Origin: Podarcis bocagei
Lineage: Eukaryota
Length of the DNA: 64,000 nt
Direction: 5' to 3' (one strand)
Assembly: GCA_964188305.1 (NCBI GenBank)
Contig: OZ076887.1
The position numbers and the translations under genes are program-made. The notes under the pieces are model-generated. The model searched no databases, was not told the origin of the DNA, and worked only from the letters and a program-made list of their open reading frames with translations. Positions 1 through 12,604 of this stretch are shown here, piece by piece; position 1 is the stretch's first letter; every line of letters starts with the position of its first letter.

Positions 1-14
1 CTGGGGGTGGCAGT

Positions 15-263
15 GAGAGCCAGTGTGGTGTAGTGGTTAAGAGCGGTAGACTCATAATCTGGTGAACCGGGTTCGCGTCTCAACTCCTCCACATTCAGCT
101 GCTGGGTGACCTTGGGCTAGACACACTTCTCTGAAGTCTCTCAGCCTCACTCACCTCACAGAGTGTTTGTTGTGAGGGAGGAAGGGAAAGGAGATTGATA
201 GCCACTTTGAGATTCCGTAGGGTAGTGATAAAGTGGGATATCAAATCCAAACTCTTCTTCTTC
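15..263 (+). mobile_element. Squam3-type tRNA-derived SINE, full length
   Basis: Starts GAGAGCCAGTGTGGTGTAGTGGTTAAGAGCGG (pol III A-box), has a GGTTCG B-box-like motif, and ends AAATCCAAACTCTTCTTCTTC. Short cagtg direct repeat at both ends. Matches my recollection of the lacertid Squam3 consensus. Confidence 0.85.
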
Positions 264-845
264 AGTGGAAGGGCATGCCACGCACCACACGCATCATTAG
301 GAGGAGGCCAAGAAGGAGGTGCTCATCACTGGGAGGAGGTCTCCTCTGCCCCTTCAACATTGGGGGAGCTCAGCTTCCGGCCTACAAATATTGAGGGGAG
401 ATGGTACCTATGGCTTGATGTTAACAATTCAGGGGCAGCCAGAGCTGGAAAATATATAAATGCATATTTGTCATATGGCAGCTATTGTTGCCCTGAAATT
501 TCAGACAATAGTAAAGTCAATGAGAATTTGTAGGAAGTAATGTTGAGAGGTTTTAAAACTGATGATTTCTCTAAAACTTTGAGAGAGGCATTACGAATCC
601 CTAGCTACATCTGTCTTTGTAAAATATCTGCTACTGACTCGTTGCACAGGTGGCCTGTAACGTTAGTGAACCAAAGTGGCTGTATGGATGTAAGAGGTCT
701 AGGCAAGCCCAACAAAGTCACTGAAACCTGCATGGTGGAGCACCTGGGCTTTTAAGGTTTAGATAGAAGCAACATTTTTAAGCAGCTGCAACTAAGTCTA
801 TTATTTCTTCACCAGCTGATTGGTAAAGAAAGCAGTCTTCTACAG

Positions 846-979
846 ACTTCCAATAAGATGCTGCAGCAGGATGAAGCAATATCAGCCTTAAAAACAAGGC
901 ATGTGTTTCGCGAGTCTCTTCAATCAGAAGAATGGGGCAAAATCTCCAAAATGGCAGATTCCATGAAGAAACTCAACAG
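846..979 (+). CDS. Candidate penultimate coding exon of an unidentified plus-strand gene (TSNKMLQQDEAISALKTRHVFRESLQSEEWGKISKMADSMKKLN-R)
   Basis: Acceptor cttctacag ends at 845. The exon is 134 nt, open in frame 0 and ends in phase 2. The donor AG|GTCAAT is weak. Helical, coiled-coil-like composition; phase matches the exon at 2235. Confidence 0.45.
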
Positions 980-2234
980 GTCAATGACAGTAGTCAAAAC
1001 AGGAAAATAGGAATCTGGGATTGTAGATGGGTTTTGATGTCTTATGAACAGAATTCTGAACACTGATAAACTTTAAACAACATTTATATGGTGTAATGTA
1101 ACCTGGACAATTAATGATGACTTTCCCCCCCTTAACTGTTCATTTCATTATGTTTTTAGATGTGCTGGAAGCTGCCCAGAGTGGCTGGGGTATAAATAAT
1201 AAAATTGTTTTTGTTGTTAGTTTATCAAATTCATATATTTCCCATTGCTTAAGAAGCAACCTCTTGGTGGCATATATAGAGTTATTGTCAGCACTGGATT
1301 TGGGGCAGTGTGGGCAGTTCCCCTGCAGCAGCAACAACAACACCTATATTTATATGGATACCTACTGAGATCAATTTTAAAAGCAACTGTACCAAAATGT
1401 ATGATTGTGAAAATAAGAAATACTGGGGATGGGGCACCAAATGTTGTCCTCACTCAGGGTGCCATATGACCAAAGTCTGCCCCTTTTATCATATTCAGCC
1501 CTCTTCAAGGCTATGCAAAACAAGTTACACCAATTAGGGATGTTGAAGAATTCTGACAGAAATAGGAGCAGAGATTGCTGATGTTTGCTTATTCGGCCCA
1601 TGTCCAGAATGGAAATCAATCCACCTGATAGGATCGATATCCGTGGCAGCTGTTGTTTTCAGTCTGCAAATGATGCATAACTGATTACCTCTCCCTGCCC
1701 ATTTGCATGGTGCTTCCTTTGCATCGACAGGAATAGTGTAGAGCAATATAGCAATAACATAATTACATTATTAATTCCACAAAATTCCACCACAGCAGGC
1801 AACAAGATGAACAATGTAGCTTTTGTTGGAAGCTGAACTGCAGTGGAACAGAAACAGCACTGCATGCAATGAACATAGGTCTGAAGAGAAATTGATGCTG
1901 TCTTACATCCCTAGCTGAGACATAGTTTGAAACTTGTCAAAGACCATCCCATGAATTAGGCTTCTACACACTCCATGGCACACTGCTATCTCCTCCTAGT
2001 AAAGCACTATGAGGTGGGAGACATTATATCCAATCAGGTTCCCCCTTTCTGTGCCAGTGCTGAAAGCAAGTGATCTCTTGTCTTGTATGGAATCTTCCAG
2101 CCTCTCTTATAAATGAGGGGTAATTATACTGACACCTATACAGTTACTCTTGCAGAAAGGAAAATTTGGCAGAAGCTAATCAGGTCCCACAGGTATACAT
2201 TTCTTTAATTTATATTTTACATTTCGTATTTCAG

Positions 2235-2271
2235 ATGTAAGACTGAACGCAAAGTCAGCGGACTCTATTAA
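2235..2271 (+). CDS. Candidate terminal coding exon ((R)CKTERKVSGLY*), followed by polyA signal AATAAA at 2282-2287
   Basis: Strong acceptor ttctttaatttatattttacatttcgtatttcag. Phase-2 join with 846-979 gives an open frame to TAA at 2269-2271. AATAAA lies 10 nt after the stop. Confidence 0.5.
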
Positions 2272-4083
2272 TATGAATACAAATAAACGTTATTCAAGCA
2301 TCATCCCTGACTAACAATTCTAAGCCCTAGTCCTTTAACATTTAAATCCCAACATACCTGAGCTGTTCTGTCAAAAACAAAAGATGGCAAAAGGGCCACA
2401 TGGATATTTAAGGTTCTCTCTACTGCCAAGGGGCCTCCCACAGCTCTTATCTCCCTTAACAGCCAAGCTCTGAACCAAGCCAGCTTCCTCCAGCCTGCTG
2501 CAGACCTCACCACCCAGAGGATTTCATGCTAATTAGCACAGTTATTTGCATATGGCAAAGCTCTTTTGTGGGAAGCTCATAGCACCTCAGTTTATTACAG
2601 CTTCCATGAGCCAATGGAGTGAGTTTCAATCACGGTCCCTTTAATTAATATTTGTGCTGCAGTGGAATTGTGCCACAATAAGTGTTTAAATATGGGTTAG
2701 ATGCATTCCTTTGGTTGTCTGGATTTTTAAAAATCCCTTTCATCCTTCAGATCTAGTTAGAATGGATGGCAGAGGAGGGGAGACCCTGAAATATATGGTG
2801 CTTCTTCAGAGAAAAGGTTGGCTTTTTTTAAGACATGAAAACTGCAGTTCCAACTTTATTCGGTTTGTTTATTTATTTATTTATTTGATCTATATATTCT
2901 ATTTTGATGCAATTCCTACTGAATCCCAGCCCTATATGGACAAAAGAGGCAAAACACCTGTAAAGAAAAGCAGAATTAGAAATCCTGCTCATCACATGGA
3001 ATCTCAGTAAAATGTTTCTGGCTATAGCAGCAACCGAAATCCAAGAACGTTTGGCAATATAGGAAAAAGCAGGAAGAAAGGGGGGGGGGAGTAAAACAAC
3101 AAAAGGCATTGTAACAGACTAAAAATAGAAAAACACAGGAAGGACAAGGAAGGGAAGGGAAATGGATGAATAGTTAAGAATTGCCAAGCGAAGAATGTTA
3201 CAGCTAGTCATACAGCATAACAGTGTTTAAAAGTCAAGATCCGAGGGAGAAGATGATTCACAGTGTGCCTGCAAATCTATAACCCAGATAAACAGACAGA
3301 CCTGGATTTCAACCACTGAGTCCTAGTGAGATCAACAAGACTAAATCGGCATACATCCAAACAAATAGGCTATGTAGCCTAGCCTAGTCAGCTGCCAGAA
3401 ATTCAGAGGGTGGGAGAAATATGAGAAGAAAATGAGCACTAGAGATAAGATGAGGTGGTGCATGTAAGATACCCTAAATTGCAAGGACATGTAGAAAGAG
3501 CAGGGAGATATATAAGAATGAAGAAGCTGAGCAAATTGTCAGGGAGGGAGGTAGACAAAAGGTCAAAACAGAACAGATGAGCTAGTGCAGAGAACCTGGG
3601 ATGAGGAGAGAAATCGAATTGGATTGGGAGATGGATAAAAAGTCATTGAAGGTGACAGAGTATGGGATGATAAGGTCCTGCTTCCTGGAACAAAGGAATA
3701 GTCTAGCCATGCTAGTCTGGAAATCCAGACAGTGCTTAAATATGCAGCAATGAAGCTTTTATCAGTTAAGAGTAGCCAAAAGGTCCAGGATTCTTTAAAA
3801 TATCAGTGAACCTCACAGGCACTCCCATCTTTTGATTCCTGCACATAGCTCAGAAAGCATTCGCCATGTTTTCATTCAGAATAAATATAACCACACAGCA
3901 GCTAACATAATTCTATTTGTCCCACAGGGTTTTCATTTGGATATGCTGTGAAATGCCATGGCACTTGAAATCCACAACAACACGCCGATCAGCTAAGGTT
4001 GCCAGCTTAAATATAGTATGGTGCTCTTATGCCTTTAAAAGTTCACAAGAGAGAGAACTTTAGCAGGGGGTGCTTATCTATAC

Positions 4084-4150
4084 CTGTGAAGTTTCTTTTG
4101 CGTTGTCTCTGTAAGTAAATATTTTTTAAAAAATAAAAATCCTGTTGAAT
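4084..4150 (-). other. Candidate 67-nt non-coding (5'UTR) exon of the minus-strand gene
   Basis: Minus-strand acceptor gtcttcttttacag|ATTC and donor CAG|GTATAG; no ATG inside. An alternative acceptor lies at 4108. Confidence 0.35.
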
Positions 4151-4799
4151 CTGTAAAAGAAGACACTAATTGTTAACACTGGTTATGAATGGAAGACTAC
4201 CTGAAAGTTCAGAAGACCACTGTGGAATTTATTTATTGAATGATTGTTTTTAAAAATTGATTAATTGAGTTATATTTCATGCCACATCTACTGATTATCA
4301 AAAGTGTTTTGATACTTTAAAGAACTCATTTTGACATGAATTTTCCTAAGCACTAGCATTCTTCAGATGCAAACAGTAGTCAGATTTGGCCATAACTTTA
4401 AACTTCAAACAACTTCACAACACTTACTTGTACATGAAGTTGCCAGCCCCAAAGAGCCACCACCAGCAAAGCAATGGTTCATCCATGCGCAAAGGAGAAT
4501 ATACATTTACTGGTAGCAATGAACATTTCTTCCCCACCCATGCAAAGTGACATCAATTATTGAACAAAAGAACTCTAAATGTATAACATATTCATTAATT
4601 TGAGCAAAGGCTAACTGCAGTTGAACTCCGGCAGCTATTCTGAGTGCAAGAGCCTGTAAATTGAAAAACAATGAAGTTTAATACCCCTGAGCATGTACAG
4701 AATGCACCTCTGCATATCCTATTAAGCCAAATGTATCTTGGATTTCACAGAAACATCTTCAGAAGGAACAATTTTGAGATATGAATATGCACCAGCACC

Positions 4800-4855
<56 letters not shown>
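4800..4855. repeat. (GCTT)n tetranucleotide microsatellite
   Basis: About 14 perfect GCTT units. Confidence 0.95.
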
Positions 4856-5439
4856 TCAGGAATTAAGGACTGAATACAATCCATTCTCTCATAGAAAATC
4901 CATTGGCACTCAGGTAGGATTTCACATTATTATTATTTTTAAGTGTTGAAGTAAACATGATTTGAATCACTCATCTTGTGTAGTATTAAGCAAAGGAATA
5001 AATAAAAAGTAATAGTCTCAGCTCTTGCCACTTAACATAAATTGTTATCAGGCTATTTTTCCTCCAGACTAAATCAGCATGTACAAAAGCCTGTACAATA
5101 TAAGTGGAACAGTTTAGAGACCATGGTATTTCTTGTTTAATTTTCAACAATTTATAAAGAACAAAAACCCAACTATTTATAGACCAAGCATTTATAGAGA
5201 GAGAAAAATGAAACACTTCCTGGAATGGCTTTTAATTCAAATTACCTTTCTGGATACCATTGTACTTTTATCCTCTGTAGAGCTTCCTTCTGTTTTCACT
5301 CCCTTTCTCAACTTGGCAAATTTTGCCTGAACTCATAATGCCACTGTGGGAGATTTCAGCAGATATACCTGCCTGCTTTCCACTGTCTCACCACTAACAT
5401 GCCAGTAGACATCCACCATATCCAAAAGATGAGTTTAAG

Positions 5440-6437
5440 ACCATCCCTAAAGCAGACTATTATTACAGATGCAAAGCAAGCTGACCACTCCTGAAGAAAT
5501 CAACTCCAGACCCAGAAGAATTTAATAATTATCAGCCAATTGCTAAAATCCACCTCCTAAAGAATATATCTGAGCACGTGGTTGATGTACAAGTCCATGT
5601 ACTCTTAGACGAGAATGAGTTTCCAGATACGTTGTAATCTGAGTTCAGGACATTGTTTAGGCATCATGGTGTTTGGACACCTTGAATGGATAACCTATGA
5701 AAAGAGAAAGATGGAGGAGTGTGATACCGTTGATTTTCCTGGTCATTTCAGCAGCTTCTGTTAACATTGACCATGATATCCCTTCTGGAGAGTCCACAGG
5801 GACTGGAGTCACTGTGTTCCATTTCTACCTCTATGGACAATTCCTGATGATGGTTCTAGTTAACTACAGCTTGTGTTTTTGGCATTTATACTTTGGGATC
5901 CTGGATGACATGATGTATCCCATGCTATTTAATATCTACATGAACATCTGAGTAACGTCAACTAGTAGAATGAATTGAGAGATTATTAATATTTCACTAA
6001 TGGTGATGGCGATGATGATGCTCTGCGCACCAAAACTGTAAGAAGGAGCAGTATGAAAATCAGATAAATAAATATACAGATGACAGCCAATATTTATCTT
6101 CTTTCCATCAAAGTGGAGTATTAAATCAGTTTCTGGCTACAGTAAGGGACTGAAAGAGAGACAAAAAACTGAGGATCAATCAGGACAAGACAGAGATTCC
6201 TTGGGAGAGTAACTCATCAATTCAAGGGAGTGGTGTGTGCTAGACAAAATTGCCAGGTACACTCCAGGTTATAACACATGCCACATGGGGCTGCAGTTAG
6301 GAATCAAGCAGTCATATTCTGCGGTAATTGCAACTGAGTTGTGTGTTCATGTTAGGCTTATGTCAGCTGCACTAGTTTACAGTTCATTTCCGTGATCAAA
6401 CCAAAGTGGTAAACTCTTAAAGCCCTTCACAGCCTGA
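5440..6437 (+). mobile_element. Degenerate L2 LINE reverse-transcriptase fragment, interrupted by BovB
   Basis: Conceptual translation PLLKKSTPDPEEFNNYQPIAKI...DTL*SEFR resembles L2 ORF2 (PLLKKPSLDP..NYRPVSNL..LDPFQSGFR). Many stops and frameshifts; boundaries approximate. Confidence 0.7.
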
Positions 6438-6449
6438 CACCAGAGTACT

Positions 6450-6802
6450 TTGTTGTTGTTTAGTCGTTTAGTCGTGTCCGACTCTTTGTGACTCCATGGA
6501 CCAGAGCATGCCAGGCACTCCTGTCTTCCACTGCCTCCCGCTGTTTGGTCAAACTCATGCTGGTAGCTTTGAGAACACTGTCCAACCATCTCATCCTCTG
6601 TCGTCCCCTTCTCCTCGTGCCCTCCATCTTTCCCAATGTCAGGGTCTTTTCCAGGGAGTCTTCTCTTCTCATGAGGTGGCCAAAGTATTGGAGCCTCAGC
6701 TTCAAAATCTGTCCTTCCAGTGAGCACTCAGGGCTGATTTCCTTCAGAATGGATAGGTTTGATCTTCTTGCAGTCCATGGGACTCTCAAGAGTCTCCTCC
6801 AG
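6450..6802 (-). mobile_element. BovB (RTE clade) LINE, 5'-truncated 3' end
   Basis: ORF 6460-6789 RVPWTARRSNLSILKEISPECSLEG...LKLRLQYFGHLMRREDSLEKTL...GRQRMRWLD is the BovB C-terminus. (CAA)n tail. 12-bp TSD caccagagtact at 6438-6449 and 6803-6814. Confidence 0.95.
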
Positions 6803-7861
6803 CACCAGAGTACTATCTGTGCATTAAAGTCTTCAATGGAGAGTCTCCTGTAGATGCCCCAGGTGCAGAATGTCTGCCATTGTTTTTCAGCACCAGGCAG
6901 GCCTCCATGACTTCATTGTTCCTCAACTTCTCATGCTAAATGCCTGTGATGATAACACACACAATAACCCTCAGAAAACAAGGGGCAGGTGAGCCAGCAG
7001 CTCAGATCTTTACAAGAAGAGAAACTTGCTGCTGAAGTAGAGGCATTAAGAAGATGCTGCCAAAATGAATACCTGCCCATACCAGCATTTAACTTTATGC
7101 TGCTCCAATTCTTTGAAGTATCATTTGAATCAGGATAAGTCATTGTTATAGTTTAACAGTTTACTGTGTGCATTCAGTGAGCCCCATAAAATTCAATGAG
7201 TCTAAAAGGGTTAAAATCTTATTGTCTTTACTGAGCCAAGTTGCGCATTGGACTATTGTCTTTCATACTAAATTATGAATCCTGGAGCTGGAGCAGCTTC
7301 TCTGGCTAAGGATTTCCAAACCAATAATTATGTCAATGTCACTAAACTGCCCTAGCAAAATGCAGCAGATGTTTTTTTGCATTGCCATGCATGCTTCCCA
7401 TAATTGGTGATATCCTATCTAATAAGTCAACTTTAATCATAGCAATATGAATTAACACAACCTTGTGGCTGTCAAGGACACAAAACTAGGTGGATGGAAC
7501 CCCATTATCCATCACGTTCAGAAAATGAGCCAACATCCAATTTATATACAAGTCAGAGGAACCCTAAACTGCCGCCACCACTGGCATATGAAGAGCGCTG
7601 AACAAACCTCTTAGATCTCAAGTACCCTGGGTTTAAAAGTCCATCCCTCTTCTTAGAGAACTCTGGGAATTGTAGCTCTGTGAGGACAATACAGATCTCC
7701 TAACAACTCTCAGCATTCTTAACTACAGTTCCTAATATTTTCTGGTGGAAGCCATAGCTACTTAAAGTGGTATAATGATGCTATAAATGTATATTACAGA
7801 TGGGACCTCATTCACTTGAGAATGTTTAACAATGCAGGTCTTGCTGTACCATTCCACCATA

Positions 7862-7864
<3 letters not shown>

Positions 7865-7900
<36 letters not shown>
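7865..7900. repeat. (TG)n microsatellite
   Basis: About 18 GT units. Confidence 0.95.
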
Positions 7901-7904
<4 letters not shown>

Positions 7905-8479
7905 AAGAAAGCGAGAGAGAGCAAGAGGGGGGAGAACCTGGAAAATGAGGCCTTTTGCACTAAAGTACTGTGGCTTGGAATAAACTCATAAACCTGCCTG
8001 AGAGCAGCGGAACAGGGTTAAGGGGACTGCAATCCCTGCATATACTAATGATGTTTGTTGGAAAAAAGTACCTAGTCGCCAACTGACTGTATACAATCTT
8101 CTCCATCCCAAAGTTTTGACTGTTAAAATAAATGGCCTCTCAATAAGAACGAAACAGCAATGAATATCTAAGTACAGCAATCCATTAATGTTTATGAACA
8201 CAATCCATAAAGCACAAAGGTTTGAATTTTAATCTCCAAGGATATCTTGGCTTTAAAAATACCCATTGGCAAATGAAAGATTGTTTTTATATAGAATTAT
8301 TAGAGTTGACTTCATTCTTCTTATCGCTAGTATCCTTAGTGCTCTTCAAGAGCAAAACAGGAATGCATGACAACAATTTTTTAAAAAAAGAACCTGTGAG
8401 AATCTTTACCTGTTTAAAGTTCATTTTTACAATCGTTAATGCCGCTTACTCTCAATACCCATATGACTTGATAGGATAG

Positions 8480-10300
8480 CATTATTTATTAATTTATATA
8501 CCACCTACTTGCCAAAAATCGCTTCCAAGTGATTTACAAGTATAAAGCCAGCTACAGAAATATGGCCACACGTGATTGAAATATACAATAGAACAATTCA
8601 TCAAAACATTAAAATAAACATCCATACTGAAAATGTACCATAAACAAGGCCATTAAAGCCGCAGAATTGAAGCAGCAGTTAAAACAATTAAAATAGGGTG
8701 TTCAGATCAGGGAAATGCGCATGTTAAAAAAAAAGTGTTTTCAAAAGTTGGCAGAATTGCAGTATTGAAGGAAGGAACCTCTTGAATTTCAAAAGGTAGA
8801 GGATTTAACAACACAGGTGCCACCATTGAAAAAGTCTGTCTCCGTATTACCACATGCCAGTAATCATCAGGTCATGGCAGACTAGCCAGGTTCCATTTGT
8901 TGGCAGTGGAGGAGAAGACAGTCTTTTAGTTAACCTTGTCCAGAGTTATTCAGGGCTTTATATGTAAGTAGCAGGATCTTATAATAGGTTAATAGGCAGC
9001 GAATGCAGATCCTTTAGTACTACAGTGGTACCTTGGGTTAAGAACTTAATTCATTCTGGAGGTCTGTTCTTAACCTGAAACTGTTCTTAACTTGAGGTAC
9101 CATTTTAGCTAATGGGGCCTCCTGCTGCCGCCGCTCCGCCACCAAGCAATTTCTGTTCTCATCCTGAAGCAAAGTTCTTAACCTGAGGTACTATTTCTGG
9201 GTTAGCGGAGTCTGTAACCTGAAGCGTCTGTAACCCGAGGTACCACTGTAATATGATATGCACCCAATAAGGAGAACTACTCACCACCTGGACCATTGCA
9301 TTCTGTACCAGCTGCAGCCTCTGGGCCAGCCTTAATGGAAACCCTACATAGAGCACAATACTCTAAAATGTGAGGTTACACATGGTTATGTTAGAGTGGC
9401 CAAAGTGTCAAGTAAAGGATGTAGTTGACACTGTGGCCAAAGCTACTGATGGGCATTATTCACCATGAAGGCCACTTGGGCCTCCATGGACAAAGACAGT
9501 TCTAATAACCCCCCTCAAAAACTGTGTTGCTTCAGAGGGAGTGCAATCTTCTCTAGAACAGGCAGAGAAGACCCCCTTAGCCCTCAGACCTGGGAACCAC
9601 TCGCCCAGTACATCTCTGTCTTAGCGGGATTCCAGTTTCACTCTATTGGCCCTCATCCACCCCACCATTGCACCCAGGCACTGGTTCAGCTTATGCACAG
9701 TGTCTACGACTCAAGATATAATGGAAAAATTGAGCTGCATGTCAGCATACAGTACTAATGACACTGTGCCCCAGATCTCCTGATGACTTCTCCTAGCAGC
9801 TTCATATAGATGTTTAATAGGATTGAGGGCAAAATATTGGTACCCCCAGCTAAGCTGCCGGGGTATAGACACATAGTCCCCCATGGCTGTTTTCTGATAC
9901 CAGCCATTCAAGGAGAAGCACTGTAAAACAGGTGCCTTTGACTCCCAGCACAAATAGACAGACCAGCAGGATACAATGGCCGATAGTGCCAAAAGCCACG
10001 GTGAGATCCAACAGCAGCAACAGCTCTCTGTCTCTCCCTTGAAGGAGGTCATCTGTCAGAGCAACCAGGGCTGACACTATGCCAAAACCAGGCCTGAATC
10101 CAGACTGGAATGAGTCCAGGTACTTTGGTTCAGTTTCAGCCAAATGTGCTTCCAGCTTAATTGCCACTACCCTCTAGGGCATTTTGCTCAAAAGGGGAGT
10201 TGTATTAGGGACTGGGCAGTAGGGACAAATACCTCAGAGTTTAGGGAGGGTTTTTTTCCAGCAGCAAATGTAACACCATCTCTTTTAAGCTGATAGCGAC
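8480..10300 (-). mobile_element. Old L2 LINE 3' portion (RT domain to tail), interrupted by a Tc1/mariner MITE
   Basis: ORF 9850-10167 contains YLDSFQSGFRPGFG..SALVALTDDL..LLLLLDLTVAFGTIGH. ORF 9159-9356 contains LYVGFPLRLAQRLQLVQNA. AT-rich tail near 8480; boundaries approximate. Confidence 0.8.
9023..9248. mobile_element. Tc1/mariner-superfamily (pogo/Tigger-like) MITE
   Basis: Terminal inverted repeats CAGTGGTACCTTGGGTTA...TAACCCGAGGTACCACTG flanked by TA at 9021-22 and 9249-50. Same family at 18255, 41931 and 49977. Confidence 0.9.
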
Positions 10301-10963
10301 CATCCCCTCAAATTTCAGTGGCACCCTGTGTGACACCAAAATTTGGTAACCCCCAACCCTCTGCCTCTTGCCTTCCATTCTACACAGTGTTAGTAGCTCA
10401 GGTATAGATGCTAGGCACCAAATGGCTCCTTAAATTAGGGTTATAATCACCAAAACAGAATGACTAGTTGTCATTTTGGACCCAGACAGCTCAAAATTTG
10501 TATTTTTCAATGACTTTTTGGTTTCTGAAATTCATTCTGATAGTGCAGATAAAACATAATGGATAGAATTTGACAGGATGTGTTGCTAGTGTGTGTAAGC
10601 AGTCAAATAACCAAAGATCCCCCAGACATAGCAGCCAACCACCAAACCTAAGATGGTGGGAGAATAGGTGGAAAAATCCAATCCAGATAATATTGTGTTT
10701 TGGGGGGGAGTTATGTTGCAGACATTGCTTCAGATACCCAGGACTCAAAACAATTTAAAAGGAAATACCAGTTCTTTAATTGAACTCACAAACTAACTTG
10801 CAGCTAGTTTTGGTCTCTGCAAAGCATGCCTGTTAACCTCACCATCATGTTCTGAACTAGTTGCAGTTTCTGCAACTAGTCTATTCGTAAGTAGAGGTAC
10901 TACTGTACTACAATAGTACAGCTTCTTAGCAGAGCCTCATTCCCTGCTTTTACCTTGCTCAGG

Positions 10964-11570
10964 CATAGAATCATAGAATCATAGAGTTGGAAGAGACCAC
11001 AAGGGCCATTGAGTCCAACCCCCTGCCAAGCAGGAAACACCATCAGAGCACTCCTGACATATGGTTGTCAAGCCTCTGCTTAAAGACCTCCAAAGTAGGA
11101 GACTCCACCACACTCCTTGGCAGCAAATTCCACTGTCAAACAGCTCTTACTGTCAGGAAGTTCTTCCTAATGTTTAGGTGGAATCTTCTTTCTTGTAGTT
11201 TGGATCCATTGCTCCGTGTCCGCTTCTCTGGAGCAGCAGAAAACAACCTTTCTCCCTCCTCTATGTGACATCATTTTATATATTTGAACATGGCTATCAT
11301 ATCACCCCTTAACCTCCTCTTCTCCAGGCTAAACATGCCCAGCTCCCTTAGCCGTTTCTCATAAGGCATCGTTTCCAGGCCTTTGACCATTTTGGTTGCC
11401 CTCCTCTGGACACGTTCCAGTTTGTCAGTGTCCTTCTTGAATTGTGGTGCCCAGAACTGGACACAGTACTCCAGGTGAGGTCTGACCAGAGCAGAATACA
11501 GTGGCACTATTACTTCCCTTGATCTAGATGCTATACTCCTATTGATGCAGCCCAGAATTGCATTGGCTTT
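10964..11570 (-). mobile_element. CR1 LINE, 5'-truncated 3' end
   Basis: ORF 11271-11639 [47 protein letters not shown]...[11 protein letters not shown] is the CR1 ORF2 C-terminus. (GATTCTAT)n tail at about 10964-10985. Confidence 0.95.
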
Positions 11571-12532
11571 ATAATATATGTCCACAACTTTACAACTGGC
11601 AATATATGTCCACAACTTTACAGTATGAACCAGGCACACAAACCTCTGCTTTAAAAACTGGGTGGTCTTTTTAAAATGAAGAGTAGTCTAAATACGAAAC
11701 AATTTAATAAGAAAAGGAAGGCAAAGTGAGCACGAATCATCAGGGAAATTGTACTTTTTCTGTACATTCTGCTTGTTCATATACTGCAGAAATACCCAGT
11801 GGGCATGACACAGCTACTGTAGGTGGATAAAGGGAAAACTCAGTTCACCTGAGTGGCCATTTGCAAAAGAAAAAGAAAAAAACCCAGGTAATCTTTTTTT
11901 TTTAAAAAAAGTTATGCATGTTGCACTAAGAATCTATTCATCACTGCTACCCATGAAATGTCAAAAAACAAGTGCTTTATGTTTGTTTGGGATTTGAAGT
12001 GTTTAATTAGGAGGAAAACCCCTGGCAGTGACTAGATTATTCTTCCCTCTTTAAAATTAGTATGATAGTGTTATAATGCTACAACAATTTCATTAAACCA
12101 TATTTTACTAGTACTTTTAAATTTAAAACAATGATAGATTGATTTAAAATACAAATGGGATTATAAAATGATGCACACTGCAGAGGTTATAGTGAACATG
12201 TGCTGAGCTGTGATAGATTCACCTGTCTAGTGCGACATGCAGTCAGTCCCATGTCAAAACCACACCTCTTTCAAAAGACGGAAGAGTACTGCTAAAAGCA
12301 TTTATACCTTTGGATACTGTCAGAAGATAAATATGTTCCCATAAGAGAGTTTTCTTTTTCTGCAGTGAGAAAAAAAGTGTGGAAGAAGTGCTGAGAAAAC
12401 ACAGGAGGGTTACAAATGCATGACAACATTATGTGGACTTTCCATAAAACGTAAGTGAATGAGGAATGACAAGTCCACTCTAAACACTGTGTCTGGAAGC
12501 AACCCAAAACAGAGGCCCTGGGTTCACAGTAC

Positions 12533-12604
12533 CTTACGTGAGAGGACTGGAATGAACTGGATGCAATTGCGGAGAGAAACTTTCTGGTGTTTTCAAATGC
12601 TCTC
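12533..12604 (-). other. Candidate internal exon (72 or 67 nt) of the minus-strand gene
   Basis: Minus-strand acceptor ccttctgactttgctcag| with a CTGAC branch-point-like motif. Two overlapping donors: AAG|GTACTG (12533) and CAC|GTAAGG (12538). Confidence 0.3.
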
